Assembly: GCA_019244185.1 (NCBI GenBank)
Contig: JAFATB010000019.1
Coordinates: 64,001 to 128,000, forward strand
Reading direction: 5' to 3'
Origin: Acidobacteriota bacterium
GTDB taxonomy: Bacteria > Acidobacteriota > Thermoanaerobaculia > Gp7-AA8
DNA: 64,000 bases
The notes beneath the pieces are model-generated. The model ran no database searches. It was not told where the DNA came from and saw only the letters and a program-made list of their open reading frames with translations. The position numbers and the translations under genes were made by a program. Shown here in pieces: positions 8,842 to 17,818 of the stretch. Positions within the stretch are counted from its first letter, which is position 1; each line of letters starts with the position of its first letter.

Positions 8842-11217
8842 TCACGGCTCCGCGCGCAGGCCGCCGACGGGCGCGGAGCTGCCGTAGATCGCGCCGTAAC
8901 GCTCGTACGAGTTCATCACCTTGCGGACGTAGTTTTTCGTTTCGTCGAAGTTGATCGCGCTCAGAAAGTAATCGTCGCCGGGCGCGGGCTGCAGGCGTGT
9001 CCAGAGCGCGACCTGTTTCGGACCGGCGTTGTAGGCGGCGCTGGCGCGATAGTGATCGCCGCCGAAGGTCTTCGACAACTCGCTGATGTACTTCGCGCCG
9101 AGGCGGATGATCACGCGCGGATCGTAGAGATCCTCCGGCGCGAGATCGACGATGCCGACGTCGCGGCCGATGTCGCGTGCGGTGGTGATAATGAACTGCA
9201 GCAGTCCGCGCGCGGCCGCCTCCGACTTCGCGCGCGGGTTGAAGCGCGACTCCTCGCGCATGATCGACAGCACGAGCGCGGGATCGGCCTCGTACTTTTT
9301 CGCGTCGTCGGCGATGTAGTTGTAGAAGTAGCGCGGGTAGAGGAGTTGCCGCACGACCTCCGGCAGAAGGTCCGGATGAAAGTCGTTCGGCACGGACTTC
9401 ATCATGACCTCGATCGCATAGATCGAGTCCTTCGACGCGCCGCCCTGGTTGAGCGCGAGCGAGCGCGTGAGCGCGGCGCGCGCGGGACGCAAACCCCAGC
9501 GCTTCTCGATCGACGGCACGGCGTCGTCGTACAAGCCCATGGCGAGGAGTTGATCCTGCGGCGTGGCCGCGTTCGGAAACTGCGGCAGCGACTCCGGCGT
9601 GAGCTCGAGGATCGCGCGATACGCCGGCAGCTCGCGATAGATCGCGGCGAGCTTCTGCAGTTGCGCCGCGCGGTCGCGCGAGGAGAGCAGCACGCGATCG
9701 GTCTGCAGCTGTTTCGCGGTGGCGAAGTTCTTCGCGGCGATGAGGTTCGCGACCTGCGCCTCGCGCAGCGCGAGCTCGCGCGTGAGCTTCGGCGCCATCG
9801 CCGGCGCGTCGAGCCGCTGCCGCGCAAAGTACGCAAAGTGCGTCGGCACTTTCGCGCGCAGCACATCGAGATAGTTGCGGAACGCCGCCGGCGGATCGCG
9901 ATCCTCGGCTGCCCGCGCGCGCCAGTACGCGAACTCCGCGCGGTCGTAGTCGTCGAGCAGTTTCGGCGGCACGCCGTTCAGCGTCGCGGTGGCGCCGGCG
10001 GGATTGCCGGTGCCGAGGAGCGCGATCGCGTACGCGAGCGAGCCTTCGACGATGGCGCGCTCGTTCGGCGCGAGCTTGCGCAGCTGCGCGAGATCGGCGC
10101 CCGCTTCCGCGAGGCGATGCTGCTTCGCGCGCGTACGCAGGCGTTGCGTCAGCGCGGCCAGCGTCGCCGGAAACTTCCCCGGCACCGCGATGGCCTGCGA
10201 CATCAGCTGCTCCGCGCCGCCGTCGTCGCCGCGCAGCTGCACGGAACGCGCGGCATGCCAGAGGAACGTCGCCTTCTGTCCCGGCGACTTCGTCGCGTTC
10301 GCGCCGCGCAGATAGGCCGCCTGCGCCTCCGCGAACTTCTCCGCGCCGAAGTAGCTGCGGCCGACGGCGAACTGCAGATCGTCGGTGTACGCGTGCTTCA
10401 GCGCGAGCTGCAGAAGCGCCGTCGCGCGGTCGAAGTGGCGGTGCTTCTGAAAGGTCTCGCCGAGGAGCGCCCACTGGTTGACGTTCATCCGCGGCAGGAG
10501 CTCGGGACGATCGAGCGCGCGCGCGGCGCGGTCGGCGGCGTCGTCGGACGTGCCGCCCTGCAGGAGCGCGAGGCCGCGCGTGAGCGCGCCGTTCGGATCG
10601 CGCTTCGCGGTCGCTTCGAGGATGCGCGCGGTGATGTCACGGCGCAGTGCCGTCGATGCGGACGGCGTGATCGTGGTCGCGAACTGCGTCAGGCGATTCG
10701 GGTCGTCGAGCGTCGAGAGATAGTCGATCTCGTCTTCGATCGCCTCGTCGCGATAGAGCGCGTGCGGATAGTCGGTGATGAGCGCCATGCGGTAGCGGCT
10801 CGCATCCTCGCCGTCCGCGATCGACGCGCGGTGATACAGCGCGAGCTCGCGCAGCGGATTGCCTTTCGCGAGAAACGGCTCGAGCTTCTTCGCGGCGTCC
10901 GACTTTTCGTTGCTCTCGATGAGAGCGCGCGCGTGCAGATATGCGAGCGAGTGGCGCGCGTAGAGGTCGGGCTGCTTCTGTTCGATCTGTTCGAGGAGCT
11001 CCGCGAGGTCGTCGCCGTCGAGCTGGCGGAACGTCGCCGACCATTGTTCGACCGGCGGGATGCCGCGCGGCGTCTCCGTCTTCTTCGTCTCGCCCGCGAC
11101 GGGCCGGAACACGCGATGGCGCTGCAGGCGCTCGCGGTACAGAACGATGCCGAAGATCGCGAGCAGGAGGACGAGCGCGGCGGCGGCGATGAGTACGTAG
11201 CGGCGGTTGCGGCTCAA
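8842..11217 (-). CDS. Membrane-anchored lytic transglycosylase (Slt70-like: TPR-like superhelix plus SLT domain)
   Basis: C-terminal SIMREESRF, ARGLLQF, AYNAG, ETKNYV. N-terminal TM helix. TTG start at 11217 inferred from TTGA overlap with the upstream stop. Confidence 0.88.
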   Translation of the reverse strand: MSRNRRYVLIAAAALVLLLAIFGIVLYRERLQRHRVFRPVAGETKKTETPRGIPPVEQWSATFRQLDGDDLAELLEQIEQKQPDLYARHSLAYLHARALIESNEKSDAAKKLEPFLAKGNPLRELALYHRASIADGEDASRYRMALITDYPHALYRDEAIEDEIDYLSTLDDPNRLTQFATTITPSASTALRRDITARILEATAKRDPNGALTRGLALLQGGTSDDAADRAARALDRPELLPRMNVNQWALLGETFQKHRHFDRATALLQLALKHAYTDDLQFAVGRSYFGAEKFAEAQAAYLRGANATKSPGQKATFLWHAARSVQLRGDDGGAEQLMSQAIAVPGKFPATLAALTQRLRTRAKQHRLAEAGADLAQLRKLAPNERAIVEGSLAYAIALLGTGNPAGATATLNGVPPKLLDDYDRAEFAYWRARAAEDRDPPAAFRNYLDVLRAKVPTHFAYFARQRLDAPAMAPKLTRELALREAQVANLIAAKNFATAKQLQTDRVLLSSRDRAAQLQKLAAIYRELPAYRAILELTPESLPQFPNAATPQDQLLAMGLYDDAVPSIEKRWGLRPARAALTRSLALNQGGASKDSIYAIEVMMKSVPNDFHPDLLPEVVRQLLYPRYFYNYIADDAKKYEADPALVLSIMREESRFNPRAKSEAAARGLLQFIITTARDIGRDVGIVDLAPEDLYDPRVIIRLGAKYISELSKTFGGDHYRASAAYNAGPKQVALWTRLQPAPGDDYFLSAINFDETKNYVRKVMNSYERYGAIYGSSAPVGGLRAEP

Positions 11218-11669
11218 GAATCCTCTCGGGCGAGAGTGCCCGACAGGATCGCCTGCGGAGCTCGCCTGAGGATCTCCGCGCGTGCAATCGCATAGCCAAG
11301 AATCGCGTCGACGAGCATCCGCCGTCCGTCGCGCGAGAGCAGGATCAGCACCTTCTGCTTCACCTCGCGCACCTCGACGATGTCCTCCCAGCGCATCCAC
11401 CGCCCGTGTTTGCCGAACAGCTTCAGCAAGCGGTTCTCGTACTTCACGCCGATGTTGCTGAAGTAGATGTGATCGCCGTACTGCAGCACCGCGGCCGCGA
11501 CCGTGCCCAGAAAGAGCAGGACCAGGCCGAACATCGGCAGGAACCGGTAGTCGGTCGGATGATCGGCGAGATACATGAAGAAGATCGCCGCGGAGCCGAA
11601 CGACGCCGCGCACGAGATGATGCGCGACACCGGCGGGCGCTCGAATACGAGGACCTGATCGTCGTTCAT
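11214..11669 (-). CDS. Hypothetical membrane protein (2 TM helices plus PH-like soluble domain)
   Basis: Two hydrophobic helices then MRWEDIVEV-type motif; coupled to the slt-like gene. Confidence 0.7.
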   Translation of the reverse strand: MNDDQVLVFERPPVSRIISCAASFGSAAIFFMYLADHPTDYRFLPMFGLVLLFLGTVAAAVLQYGDHIYFSNIGVKYENRLLKLFGKHGRWMRWEDIVEVREVKQKVLILLSRDGRRMLVDAILGYAIARAEILRRAPQAILSGTLAREDS

Positions 11670-11718
11670 GGCGTCAAAAGCTCAACAAAACAACGGCTCG
11701 GATACAATCCCCGCCCTT

Positions 11719-13431
11719 ATGCGCTGGAGCCGTTTCTTCATCAATACACTGCGAGAAGTGCCCGCCGACGCGGAAGTCGTCAGTCAGAGACTGATGATGC
11801 GCGCCGGCATGATCCGTAAAGTCGCCGCCGGCATTTACACGTATCTGCCGCTCGGCCTCCGTTCCATCCAGAAGATGGAGGCGATCGTCCGCGACGAGAT
11901 GAACCGCGCGGGCGCGTCCGAGCTGCTGATGCCGTCCATCCAGCCGGCGGAGCTCTGGATGGAATCGGGTCGCTGGCAGAAGTATGGAAAAGAACTTCTG
12001 CGGATCAAAGACCGGCACGACCGCGACTTCGTCTTCGGCCCCACGCACGAGGAAGTGATCACGGACACCGTGCGCGACGCGATCAACTCGTATCGCCAGC
12101 TGCCGATCAATCTCTATCAAATTCAGACGAAGTTCCGCGACGAAGTGCGTCCGCGCTTCGGCCTCATGCGCGGCCGCGAGTTCATCATGAAGGACGCGTA
12201 CTCCTTCCACACGACGCGCGAGTCGCTCGACGAGACGTACGACGTGATGCGCGACGCGTACAGCCGCATTTTTCATCGCTGCTCCTTAGACCACGTTCCC
12301 GTCGAAGCCGATACCGGCAACATCGGCGGCTCCGCATCGCACGAGTTCATGGTGCTCGCGCAGTCCGGCGAGGACGCGGTCGTGAGCTGCCCGAACTGCC
12401 GCTACGGCGCGAACGTGGAGAAGGCGACGTCGAAGTTCTTCGACGACGAAGTCGAGCCCGCGCCGTCGGAGGTGCTCGCCGAGCTGCATACGCCCGGCAC
12501 GCAGAGCATCGACGACGTCGGCGCTTTCCTGAACAAGCCGACCTCGCAGCTGATCAAGACGCTCGTCTTCGACACCGACCTCGGTCCGGTGATGGTGCTC
12601 GTGCGCGGCGATCGCGCCGGCAACGAGATCAAGATCAAAAACCACCTCGGCGCGCAATGGATGGAGATGCTCTCCGACACGCGCTTCGAGGAAACGACCG
12701 GCGGCCCGATCGGCTACTGCGGCCCGGTCGGCACGAAGTGCGCGCGCGTGCTCGCCGATCATTCGCTGCGCGGCCGCAAACGCTGGATCGTCGGCGGCAA
12801 CCGCAAGGACATGCATTACGACTTCGCCGTGCCCGGCCGCGACTTTCCCGAGCCGGAGTTCGGCGACTTCACGACCGCCATCGAAGGCGATCCGTGCGTG
12901 CGCTGCGGCACGCCGCTCGAGATCTATCGCGGCATCGAAGTCGGCCACATCTTCAAGCTCGGCACGAAGTACTCCGAGGCGATGCAGTGCACGTTTCTCG
13001 ATGAGAGCGGCCAGCGGCAGCCGATGGTCATGGGCTGCTACGGCCTCGGCATCGGCCGCACGGTGGCGTCGGCGATCGAGCAGAGTCACGACGACGACGG
13101 CATCATCTGGCCGATGCCGATCGCGCCGTTCGAAGTCGTGGTGACGTCGGTCGGCAAAGACGAAGCGGTGCTGCGCACGGCAACCGAGGTGTACGAGAAG
13201 CTGAAGACGGAAGGCATCGACGTGCTGTTCGACGATCGCGACGAGCGTCCGGGCGTGAAGTTCAAGGACGCGGACCTCATCGGCTTCCCGCTGCGCATCG
13301 CCGTCGGCGCGAAGAGTCTCGCCAACGGCCAGATCGAATGGAGCTTCCGCAAGGATCGCGCGAAGCAGCTCGGCGCGCCGGACGAGGTGCTGGCGCGCGT
13401 TGTCGAGGCTGTCAGGGCGGGGCTATCATGA
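11719..13431 (+). CDS. proS: Proline--tRNA ligase (bacterial type with editing insertion)
   Basis: MRWSRFF start, GPTHEE, KFRDEVRPRFGLMRGREF, GIEVGHIFKLG, MGCYGLGIGR, DDRDERPGVKF. Confidence 0.97.
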   Translation: MRWSRFFINTLREVPADAEVVSQRLMMRAGMIRKVAAGIYTYLPLGLRSIQKMEAIVRDEMNRAGASELLMPSIQPAELWMESGRWQKYGKELLRIKDRHDRDFVFGPTHEEVITDTVRDAINSYRQLPINLYQIQTKFRDEVRPRFGLMRGREFIMKDAYSFHTTRESLDETYDVMRDAYSRIFHRCSLDHVPVEADTGNIGGSASHEFMVLAQSGEDAVVSCPNCRYGANVEKATSKFFDDEVEPAPSEVLAELHTPGTQSIDDVGAFLNKPTSQLIKTLVFDTDLGPVMVLVRGDRAGNEIKIKNHLGAQWMEMLSDTRFEETTGGPIGYCGPVGTKCARVLADHSLRGRKRWIVGGNRKDMHYDFAVPGRDFPEPEFGDFTTAIEGDPCVRCGTPLEIYRGIEVGHIFKLGTKYSEAMQCTFLDESGQRQPMVMGCYGLGIGRTVASAIEQSHDDDGIIWPMPIAPFEVVVTSVGKDEAVLRTATEVYEKLKTEGIDVLFDDRDERPGVKFKDADLIGFPLRIAVGAKSLANGQIEWSFRKDRAKQLGAPDEVLARVVEAVRAGLS

Positions 13432-13436
13432 ATTTC

Positions 13437-14834
13437 ATGCGCAAGTTTCTCGTGGTGCTCGCCGCGTTCGCGGCGCTTCCGCTCGCCGCACAGAACGTCG
13501 ACATCGAGGCGTTGTCGGGCCTGCAGTTCAATTTCGGCAATCCCGGCGCGCGTTCCCTTGGCATGGGCGGCGCGTTCCTCGGACTGGCCGACGACGCCTC
13601 CGCGGCCGAAGCGAATCCCGCCGGCCTCACGATCCTGCGCAAGCCGGAAGTCTCGGTCGAAGTGCGCAACTACCTCGAGCAGCAGCTCTTCTCGACGAGC
13701 GGCACGTTCCCGAACATCCAGCGCACGCCGTTCACGCACTACAGCGACCGCGTGGTGATCAGCTTCGCCAGCGCGGTCTTCCCGATCAAGAAGTTCACCC
13801 TCGGCGCGTACTACCACGAGCCGCTCAACAACAAAGGCGGCGGCGTGGTCGCGCCGGTGACGGACCAGTTCACGGGACGCGTCACGACGCCGCTGCCGAA
13901 CTTCTATCTGCCGGCGACGAATCGCGTGCCGTCGGGCGATCCGATCACGCTCGCCGAATGCCAGGCGCTGCGCACGCAGCGCAACGATCCGTTCGCGTGC
14001 CTCGAGTTCCGCATCAATCCGTTCGTCTCCGCGCTCGACGTGCGCGAGCGGACGTTCGGCCTCGCCGGCGCGTGGCAGATCCATCCGAAGTTCTCCATCG
14101 GCGCGACCGTGCGCCACCATCGCTTCGAGGAAGCGGCGTTCACCTCGCGCTACACGCAGCAGTTCGCGCTCGACGCGATCATCGTGCAGGCCACGGCGAA
14201 GACGAACGGCGGCAACGTCGACATCGGCGAAGTCTCGGACACCACGTTCGCGGCCGGCTTCAAGTGGACGCCGCTCGACAAGCTGAGCATCGGCGGCGTG
14301 TACAAGCAGGGACCGCAGTTCGAGGCGCCGCTCTTCTTCGCGAACACGGCCTCGCAGTTCCAGTTCAACAACGTGGCGAGCACGAAGTTCCACGTGCCCG
14401 ACATCATGGGACTCGGCGTCTCGTACCGCCCGATCCCGGTGCTGACGATCAACGCCGACGCGGTGCGCGTGAAGTACTCGAATCTCGCCGACGATTTCGT
14501 GGCGTCGGTCGCCGACGTGCGCGATCTCGAGGATCCGTTCGGCGCGAACGACGTGACGGAGCTGCACGCGGGCGCGGAGTACTTTTTCCCGACGAAGATC
14601 CCGTTCGCGCTGCGCGGCGGCTTCTGGCGCGACCCCGCGCATTCGATCGAGTGGCAGGGACCGCTCAACCGTCCCGACTACATCGCCGAGGCGCTGCTCT
14701 ATCCGAAGGGCGAGTCGCAGAACCACTGGGCGGTCGGCGGCGGCTTCGCGTGGCCGCGCTTCCAGATCGACTTCGGCTACGACTCGTCGCCGCACTACAA
14801 GGTGGGGTCGCTATCGATGGTCACTCGTTTCTAA
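13437..14834 (+). CDS. Outer-membrane beta-barrel, FadL/OMPP1/TodX-like
   Basis: Signal peptide, NPGARSLGMGGAF...DDASAAEANPAGL hatch motif, C-terminal Phe. Alternative start at 13428. Confidence 0.8.
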   Translation: MRKFLVVLAAFAALPLAAQNVDIEALSGLQFNFGNPGARSLGMGGAFLGLADDASAAEANPAGLTILRKPEVSVEVRNYLEQQLFSTSGTFPNIQRTPFTHYSDRVVISFASAVFPIKKFTLGAYYHEPLNNKGGGVVAPVTDQFTGRVTTPLPNFYLPATNRVPSGDPITLAECQALRTQRNDPFACLEFRINPFVSALDVRERTFGLAGAWQIHPKFSIGATVRHHRFEEAAFTSRYTQQFALDAIIVQATAKTNGGNVDIGEVSDTTFAAGFKWTPLDKLSIGGVYKQGPQFEAPLFFANTASQFQFNNVASTKFHVPDIMGLGVSYRPIPVLTINADAVRVKYSNLADDFVASVADVRDLEDPFGANDVTELHAGAEYFFPTKIPFALRGGFWRDPAHSIEWQGPLNRPDYIAEALLYPKGESQNHWAVGGGFAWPRFQIDFGYDSSPHYKVGSLSMVTRF

Positions 14835-15510
14835 GCGCCTCCAGCGGCACATCCATCAACTCGAATTTCTCCCATCCGCCAAAGTCAAAGTGCCACCACT
14901 CGGATGGCAGCGGCGCGAAGCCGTGCCGCGTCATCACGTCGCGCAGCTTCGCGCGATTCGCGACGACGTCCGGCGGCAGGTCGTTGAAATCCTGACGCGC
15001 GCGTGACGTGAAGTCGTCGTACGGCGTCGGCATCGCCAGCTCGGAGCCCGTGCGGAGGTCGATGAGCGTGAGATCGACGGCGGCGCCGCGATTGTGGCGC
15101 GAGCCTTTGGCCGGATCGGCCACAAAGTCCGGATTCCTGATCGGCTCCCACATCGCCTCGGTCACGCAATAGGGGCGATACGCGTCGAACACCTTCACGC
15201 CGAGTCCCTGTTGCGCGAGCTCGCGCTCGACGTCCGCCAGCGCGCGGGCGGCGGGCGCGCGCAGATACGCCTTCGCCACCGGATAGAGCGTGTGCTTCAT
15301 GAAGTTGTTCGGCGTCGCGTAGCGGATGTCGAGCGGGATGCCCAGCGACGCGACGTCGACGAGGCGCGTGTCGGGATTGCGCCGCGCGAGACGCTCGTAC
15401 GTCGCGCGATCGGGCACGACGTGAAGACCGTAGCGGTTCGCGGGAATCGCCACCTGCGACGCGCACGCGAGCGCGCATGCGACGAGAGCGAAGTTGATCG
15501 CGCGTTTCAT
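14821..15510 (-). CDS. ddpX: D-Ala-D-Ala dipeptidase (VanX/DdpX, M15D), lipoprotein-like signal
   Basis: DIRYAT.NNF, DAYRP, SRHNRGAAVDLT, EWWHF; LAC lipobox. Confidence 0.88.
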   Translation of the reverse strand: MKRAINFALVACALACASQVAIPANRYGLHVVPDRATYERLARRNPDTRLVDVASLGIPLDIRYATPNNFMKHTLYPVAKAYLRAPAARALADVERELAQQGLGVKVFDAYRPYCVTEAMWEPIRNPDFVADPAKGSRHNRGAAVDLTLIDLRTGSELAMPTPYDDFTSRARQDFNDLPPDVVANRAKLRDVMTRHGFAPLPSEWWHFDFGGWEKFELMDVPLEALRNE

Positions 15511-15530
15511 GTCGCCTAATGTACCGCCCG
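15511..15530. promoter_or_regulatory. Putative bidirectional promoter with overlapping -10 boxes serving two leaderless genes
   Basis: TAATGT (15517-15522, +) is 8 nt before ATG 15531; TACATT (15523-15518, -) is 7 nt before ATG 15510. Confidence 0.55.
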
Positions 15531-16721
15531 ATGGAGCTGGACATCTTCTTCTCGATCTGTCAGACCGACGTGCACGGGTACGTGCCGAGCGAGCGGGAGA
15601 TGTTCGAGCACTTCTTCGAGCAGGTCGAGCTCGCGGACGCGCTGGGCTTCGGCACGGCGTGGGTCGCGGAGAGCCACCTCTCGACGGAGATTCAGAAAAC
15701 GAATCCCGGCGCCGTGATCCCGCACTTCATCGGCGAGATCGGCCTCAACACCGACATCCTGCAGCTCGCCCATCGCGTGTTCGCGCGCACGAAGCGCATC
15801 GGCATGGGCTCGGCGATCATGAACATTCTCTGCAACGGCGGACCGATCGCCGCGGCGGAGCGCATCAAGACGTTCCTCACGCTGCACGGGCTCGACCCGA
15901 ACGAGCGGCGCACGCTGACGGTCGGCTTCGCGTCGGGACGCTTTCCGTTCATCAACGTTCCGTACGGCATCGTGCCGCGCAATCCCGTCGAGGCTGCGGC
16001 GTGGCCGGTGGTGAAGAACAAGATCTTCGAGGAAGCGACGGAGATCTTCCTGCGGCTGCTGAAAGGGGAAGTGCTCAGCTCCGCGATGATCGCGCCGCGC
16101 GCGCTGCGCCGAGGGGACTTCCGCACCGACGCCGACTGGCAGCGCGTGCAAGAGGCATTCGGTCAATACGTTGACGAAATCGCGCTCGAGCCGCGCTGGC
16201 GCTTTCCGAACCTCAAGATCGTGCCGCAGGAGCCGCGCATGGACCTGCTGCGGCTGTCGATCGGCTCGCACGATCCGGCGACGCAGATCTTCGCGAACAC
16301 GATCCTCCCCGTCGGCGTCTTCAATCTCTCCATCACGCCCGGCGCGGAGATCGAGGAGACGAACCGCCGCATGCAGACGCACTACCACGCCGACGGCGGC
16401 GGCTGGCAGCGGCGGCTGATGCCGCGCACGGTGCTGGTCTTCATCAGCGACGACGCGCAGCAGGCCGCGGACGAGGCGCGCGACGCGCTGTCGAACTACT
16501 GGCGCGCGCTCGAAGGCACGCTCGACGAGGAGAAGGTGCGGCGCGCGACGAACAACGCGCTCGTCGGCACGCCGGACCAGATCGCGGAACAGATGCGCGA
16601 GCGCTTCGATCCCGAGGACCGGCTCATGCTCTGGTTCGACTTCAACAACCACGACTCGAAACGCGTGATGAAGAACATGCGCGACTTCATGACGCGCGTC
16701 GCGCCGGAGCTCGCGTCATGA
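15531..16721 (+). CDS. Luciferase-like (LLM class) flavin-dependent monooxygenase
   Basis: ADALGFGTAWVAESH, RTKRIGMGSAI, P...AERI, LVGTPDQIAEQM: TIM-barrel LLM motifs. Confidence 0.88.
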   Translation: MELDIFFSICQTDVHGYVPSEREMFEHFFEQVELADALGFGTAWVAESHLSTEIQKTNPGAVIPHFIGEIGLNTDILQLAHRVFARTKRIGMGSAIMNILCNGGPIAAAERIKTFLTLHGLDPNERRTLTVGFASGRFPFINVPYGIVPRNPVEAAAWPVVKNKIFEEATEIFLRLLKGEVLSSAMIAPRALRRGDFRTDADWQRVQEAFGQYVDEIALEPRWRFPNLKIVPQEPRMDLLRLSIGSHDPATQIFANTILPVGVFNLSITPGAEIEETNRRMQTHYHADGGGWQRRLMPRTVLVFISDDAQQAADEARDALSNYWRALEGTLDEEKVRRATNNALVGTPDQIAEQMRERFDPEDRLMLWFDFNNHDSKRVMKNMRDFMTRVAPELAS

Positions 16722-17818
16722 CCACCGTCGACGAAACGACGACGCCCACGGCCACGTTCGACGAGAGCGTCGCGCCGAACTTCGCGCGCGCGATGCCGAA
16801 CTGGCAGCCGCTCGTCGAGTACCGCCGCAACGGCGTCGCCGAGAACACGATCCACGGCGCGGTGTCGTGGGTCACCGGCAAGAACCTGCTCTACTCGTTC
16901 GGCGGGAACGTCGAGGTCTACGGACGCTCGATGGTGAAGCCGCTGATGATGAAAGTCTTCGCGCGCGACTTCGCGTCCGCGCTGACGCCGGAGCAGCAAG
17001 CCATCTCCGTCGCCTCGCACAACGGCGACACCGAGCACGTCGCCGTCGCGCGCTCCATCCTGCGCGAGAGCGAATGGGGCCTCATGCAGACGCCGCACGA
17101 CGTGCCGCTCGTGCAGTTCGGCCGGCAGGTGCGCCGCCCGCGCCGCTGGTATCACTGCTGTTCCGGCGAGCACGCGGCCATCCTGCGCGGCTGCCGCCTG
17201 CGCGGCTGGCGCCGCACCGGCTACGTCCTGCCGCATCATCCGTTCTTCCAGGAGTACATGCAGTACATGCGCGGCGTGCTCGGCGGCGACTGGAAGATGG
17301 GCACGATCGCGAAAGACGGCTGCGGCCTGCCGACGGTGTCGATGACGGTGACCGATCTCGCGAAGCTCTTCGCGAATCTCGTCACCGAAAAGCACGACGA
17401 CTGGATCTGGCGCGCGATGGTCGAACATCCCGATCTCATCGGCGGCTTCAACCGGCTCGACTCGACGGTGCTCAAGGCGTGCGGCGGCAAGGTCCTCGCG
17501 AAGGAAGGCGCCGACGGTCTCCTCGGCCTCGCCATCGAGCATCCCGAATTTCCCGAGGGACTCGGCGTGGTCGTGAAGATCGCGCACGGCTGGAACCCGC
17601 AGGCGACGTGGTACATCGCCCGCTACATCCTCGGCGTCCTCGGCTTCGAGTTCCGCAACCCATACAAGCTCCGGCGGCAGAAGGCGTACATCGTCCCGGA
17701 AGTGATTCCGCCGAATTTGCGCGAGCGCATGGCCGCCATCGTGCCGTGGGACTCATGGGATCCGGACATCGACCGTTGGGAGTTCGATCCGCAGGAGTTC
17801 TTCATTGCGCCTCGCTAA
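16718..17818 (+). CDS. Class 3 (Rhizobium-type) asparaginase-like hydrolase with a variant active site
   Basis: RSMVKP, ASHNG..EH, HCCSGEHA (canonical NCSGKH), DGCG, AKEGADG. ATGA overlap with the LLM gene. Confidence 0.82.
   Translation: MTTVDETTTPTATFDESVAPNFARAMPNWQPLVEYRRNGVAENTIHGAVSWVTGKNLLYSFGGNVEVYGRSMVKPLMMKVFARDFASALTPEQQAISVASHNGDTEHVAVARSILRESEWGLMQTPHDVPLVQFGRQVRRPRRWYHCCSGEHAAILRGCRLRGWRRTGYVLPHHPFFQEYMQYMRGVLGGDWKMGTIAKDGCGLPTVSMTVTDLAKLFANLVTEKHDDWIWRAMVEHPDLIGGFNRLDSTVLKACGGKVLAKEGADGLLGLAIEHPEFPEGLGVVVKIAHGWNPQATWYIARYILGVLGFEFRNPYKLRRQKAYIVPEVIPPNLRERMAAIVPWDSWDPDIDRWEFDPQEFFIAPR

Noticed and set aside
14821-15510. vanX as a glycopeptide-resistance marker
   Set aside because: No vanH/vanA/vanRS nearby; the exported lipoprotein form fits housekeeping DdpX-like peptidases.
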